DNA of 64,000 nucleotides, taken from the NCBI GenBank assembly GCA_016840085.1, contig JAEOTA010000018.1, positions 32,001-96,000 on the forward strand. Direction: 5' to 3'. Each line of letters opens with the position of its first letter. The stretch's first letter is position 1. Below are positions 61,261 through 64,000 of the stretch, piece after piece. A program made the position numbers and the translations under genes. The notes below the pieces were generated by a model that searched no databases, had not been told where the DNA came from, and worked only from the letters and a program-made list of their open reading frames with translations. Source of the stretch: Promethearchaeota archaeon (GTDB lineage: Archaea > Asgardarchaeota > Lokiarchaeia > Sigyniarchaeales > SOKP01).

Positions 61261-62376
61261 TTATTTTTCTATTATAGTTTCTTTTATTACTGTACCAAAA
61301 TGAGTTGCCCCAGGTCCTATGTGAATTAAAACCTCATCTCCAACTTTAATATCGACGACAGGTTTAGCTTTACCATCTGCTCCTACTAGACGAATCGTTT
61401 CTGCATTTTGACAAATGCAACTTATCGGTATTATTTTATCTCCTTTTGAAACTTCCAATTCGAATCTCAACATTGGTCGAGTTTCAATTTTCACCCTTCC
61501 AATTGATACTATTCTAGCTTCACCTTTGTTAGTAACTGCTAAAACTTTATCTCCACCTTTCAACTCACTAAGATACTTTGTGCGATATAATTTTCCAGGA
61601 TCATCATCAGGTACCAATATATAGGCAGAGACATCTCCTGCATTAACCCTAAATGGTCTAGATGATACAAACTGGGTTTCAAATGTTTCAGAATGAATTA
61701 AACAAAATCCTGCAGCTGTTGATCCTACCAGTAACCCTTCTCCAATATGTAGAAGTGAAGAGGTGTCAACACAGACTCTTTCTGCTTCAGGTATATTCTG
61801 AATGTTGAGTACTTTTGCTTTGATAAGTTCAATATGAAAGGTGGTATGTACCAGTTTTTTAAGCTCTACAATATCATTCACCTTCTTTGGTGTAAAAAGA
61901 ATTCCATCTACTCCAATTTCTAAAGTTTTCAACATCAATTCAGCTTCTTTAGCATTATTTACTGTGGCAATTAATTCAGTATCGTTATCATGCATTTCTG
62001 CTATAAGATTTTCAAAAGGGATTATTTTCCAATCCTTAGCAGAGACAATAATAAAATCAACTTGTCTACTTTTTGAAAGCTCAACAATATCTTTCTCATC
62101 ATCTTTTGACTGTAGTTCTTTATAATATCCGATGAAGCATTCTGAATATTTTTTATTAGATAGTAATTCTTTCAGTTTCTCTTTATTATCAATTATAAAA
62201 TTATTAGCTGGAATATCCAGATATTTTGTAAATAGATTTATACGTTCAATTTGTTTAAACTCAGTATAAGTATCCGTTGAAACTAAAAAATTTAAAATAT
62301 CTTTATTGAACGCTTCTTGAACTAATTCTTTTAAATTTACACTTTTATTCTCAAAATTTAAGATTATTTTTTTCAT
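61261..62376 (-). CDS. aroB': 3-dehydroquinate synthase II (archaeal AroB')
   Basis: DWKIIPFENL, RVCVDT, SRPFRVNAG, TKYLSEL, GRVKIETRP, QNAETIRL. Confidence 0.93.
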   Translation of the reverse strand: MKKIILNFENKSVNLKELVQEAFNKDILNFLVSTDTYTEFKQIERINLFTKYLDIPANNFIIDNKEKLKELLSNKKYSECFIGYYKELQSKDDEKDIVELSKSRQVDFIIVSAKDWKIIPFENLIAEMHDNDTELIATVNNAKEAELMLKTLEIGVDGILFTPKKVNDIVELKKLVHTTFHIELIKAKVLNIQNIPEAERVCVDTSSLLHIGEGLLVGSTAAGFCLIHSETFETQFVSSRPFRVNAGDVSAYILVPDDDPGKLYRTKYLSELKGGDKVLAVTNKGEARIVSIGRVKIETRPMLRFELEVSKGDKIIPISCICQNAETIRLVGADGKAKPVVDIKVGDEVLIHIGPGATHFGTVIKETIIEK

Positions 62377-62534
62377 AACATCAAATTGCTAGATTTTGGA
62401 CTATGAAAGTTTTTTTTTTAAGTAATTATTTTATTATTTTGTATTAGTTTATTATTAAATTTTTAAGTTAGTAAATTCATATTATTCATAATATAGGAAA
62501 TTAAAATATAACTTCTAAGTAGAGTGGAGTTAAA

Positions 62535-63182
62535 ATGGGTTTAAAAAAGAAGCTGTTCCCCAGAAAAGGAAAGGAAAAAGATGACTTAGTTGCTAAAGCA
62601 AAAGCTCATATTCACAAATTAAATGTAATGAATAGAAATTATACAAAACGCGCCGAGATAAGCCGAAAAAATGCAAAAATTGCTTTGAAACGGGGTGAAA
62701 AAGATCGAGCAAAGAATTATCTTATCCAGTACAAGTCATACAACGCAAAGGTTGATAGATCAAACAATATTAGAGGAAAAATAGAACGCCAAATTCAAGC
62801 AATTGAAGAAGGACAATTAATAAGTTCCACAGGGGATATCTTCGGGGGAATACGAGATGAATTAGAGTATATCGCTACAAAAGCGTCCCCCGCGAAAGTA
62901 GCGGAAATAGCGGAAGACTCTGAAGTATATGTTGCTGAAATTGAAGAAGCTGCAGATATTTTAGCAGGTGATCCTGAAATTGATCTTGCAATCGATGTTA
63001 CAGAAGAATTGAATCAGTTAGAAACAGAAATGCTCCTTGATCAAGGAGGTGCAATGCCTGAAGTTCCTTCAGATGAGCTACAATATATACCTGACTACGA
63101 GATTGAAGAGGAACCTGAGGTTAAATCGAAGGAAAAACTCCAAGATGAAATTGAAAAGCTAAGAAAAGAATTAGAAGGTTAA
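62535..63182 (+). CDS. ESCRT-III / Snf7-family protein
   Basis: Basic helical hairpin (AKIALKRGEKDRAKNYL), acidic C-terminal half, MPEVP motif and terminal helix EIEKLRKEL. Confidence 0.82.
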   Translation: MGLKKKLFPRKGKEKDDLVAKAKAHIHKLNVMNRNYTKRAEISRKNAKIALKRGEKDRAKNYLIQYKSYNAKVDRSNNIRGKIERQIQAIEEGQLISSTGDIFGGIRDELEYIATKASPAKVAEIAEDSEVYVAEIEEAADILAGDPEIDLAIDVTEELNQLETEMLLDQGGAMPEVPSDELQYIPDYEIEEEPEVKSKEKLQDEIEKLRKELEG

Positions 63183-63243
63183 ACCTTTTTCAATGAATTT
63201 CTTTTTCTTTTACGATTAAATAATATTGATTTAGATACTTTAA

Positions 63244-63999
63244 CTATTGTTTTAATTCATTTAGAGCTTTAACCATATTTTTTACTTTTTTAATAGCTAT
63301 TTCATAACCACCTTTCTCTCCAAAAGAATCTTTTAAAGGTAGAAAGCCACAATCAGGTTTTATAATTAAATTTTCTCCACCATATTGTTCTATTGCTTCT
63401 TTTATGTAATTTTTAAGAAAATCAACTCCTTCGATATAGTCATTAATTTTTTTTCCATTTACAGGTAAAAACTTTGATTTAACAGTTCCAAGAGCTAAAA
63501 ATTTATCATTTTTTTCGAAATGTTCTCTTTTGTAAATTTCAAAATTATCCTCATTTGTTGCAAATTCATGATCCAATATTTTTATATCTGTTTGGAGAAG
63601 TAGATCACGGCATTTAGGACTTATCCTTCCACATACATGAATTGAGGATAATGATTTTATTTCGGATACCGATTTATTCAGAATGTCTATAAGAAAATCT
63701 TCAGAATGGAATAATGGCTTTCTTCCTATTAGAAATCCTAATATTGGTTCATCGACGGAAATTATATTTATGCTCATATCATTATATGTTTTTGCCAATT
63801 GTTTTATGATTTCAGCAAGTTTTTCTACAATCCAATCCAACATTACTGCTCTAGGTTCAGAAAATACTCTGGGTTTGATACCTTTAGCGATTTCTCCTTT
63901 CAAAATTATTTCGCTAGCCAAAGTTAAAGGTCCTGTTATACAAGCTTTTGTTCCCTTGACTTGTTCTAAAAGATGAGGTCGTTCCATAAAAAAATTTTT
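63244..63999 (-). CDS. Cobalamin-independent methionine synthase catalytic-domain (MetE-core-like) protein, 5' end outside window
   Basis: KACITGPLTL, SVDEP, IHVCG, DHEF, KPDCG; frame open to the window end. Confidence 0.85.
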   Translation of the reverse strand, partial: KNFFMERPHLLEQVKGTKACITGPLTLASEIILKGEIAKGIKPRVFSEPRAVMLDWIVEKLAEIIKQLAKTYNDMSINIISVDEPILGFLIGRKPLFHSEDFLIDILNKSVSEIKSLSSIHVCGRISPKCRDLLLQTDIKILDHEFATNEDNFEIYKREHFEKNDKFLALGTVKSKFLPVNGKKINDYIEGVDFLKNYIKEAIEQYGGENLIIKPDCGFLPLKDSFGEKGGYEIAIKKVKNMVKALNELKQ

Positions 64000-64000
64000 G

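Noticed and set aside
1557-63976. Short antisense or nested ORFs in the track (e.g. 1557, 6878, 7756, 9141, 13964, 20819, 22251, 24659, 25920, 27113, 27778, 30022, 31427, 34172, 35670, 35955, 42771, 44114, 44459, 49868, 50800, 54060, 55298, 55533, 56155, 57784, 59613, 60062, 61415, 61841, 63683)
   Set aside because: They overlap well-supported genes and have shadow-ORF composition with no motifs.
1-64000. tRNA, rRNA, transposase, integrase or provirus
   Set aside because: No GC-rich cloverleaf or rRNA-like tract and no mobile-element protein motifs were recognised by eye.

Overview
A strongly AT-rich archaeal chromosomal window. The gene set points to an Asgard archaeon, most likely Lokiarchaeia: three small Ras-superfamily GTPases, an ESCRT-III/Snf7 protein, a Sec23/24-like Zn-finger-vWA protein, a roadblock protein, a histone and a eukaryote-type SECIS. 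Most of the window is information-processing core: truA, rfcS, csl4, rpoL, EF-1alpha, aIF2alpha, nop10, GINS-priS-priL-PCNA, RPA3, TFS, rps27e/rpl44e, rpoA1-rpoA2-rpl30e-nusA-rps12-rps7 and pus10-rpl21e-rpoF-DUF655-ksgA-hemK2, interleaved with metabolic and membrane genes. I saw no tRNA, rRNA, CRISPR array or transposase. The best signals are mostly missed by the ORF track. (1) A UxxC peroxiredoxin-like selenoprotein gene with an in-frame TGA and an AUGA-AA-GA SECIS right after its stop codon. (2) Four genes, including rpl21e, that have SD-like motifs but no ATG/GTG/TTG start, implying ATT/ATA/GTT initiation. (3) A wHTH + ATP-cone + catalytically dead class III ribonucleotide reductase fusion, a candidate nucleotide-sensing regulator. 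(4) An unexplained multi-branched structured RNA candidate near the histone gene. (5) A box C/D-like sRNA candidate. All calls come from reading motifs by eye; no searches were run.
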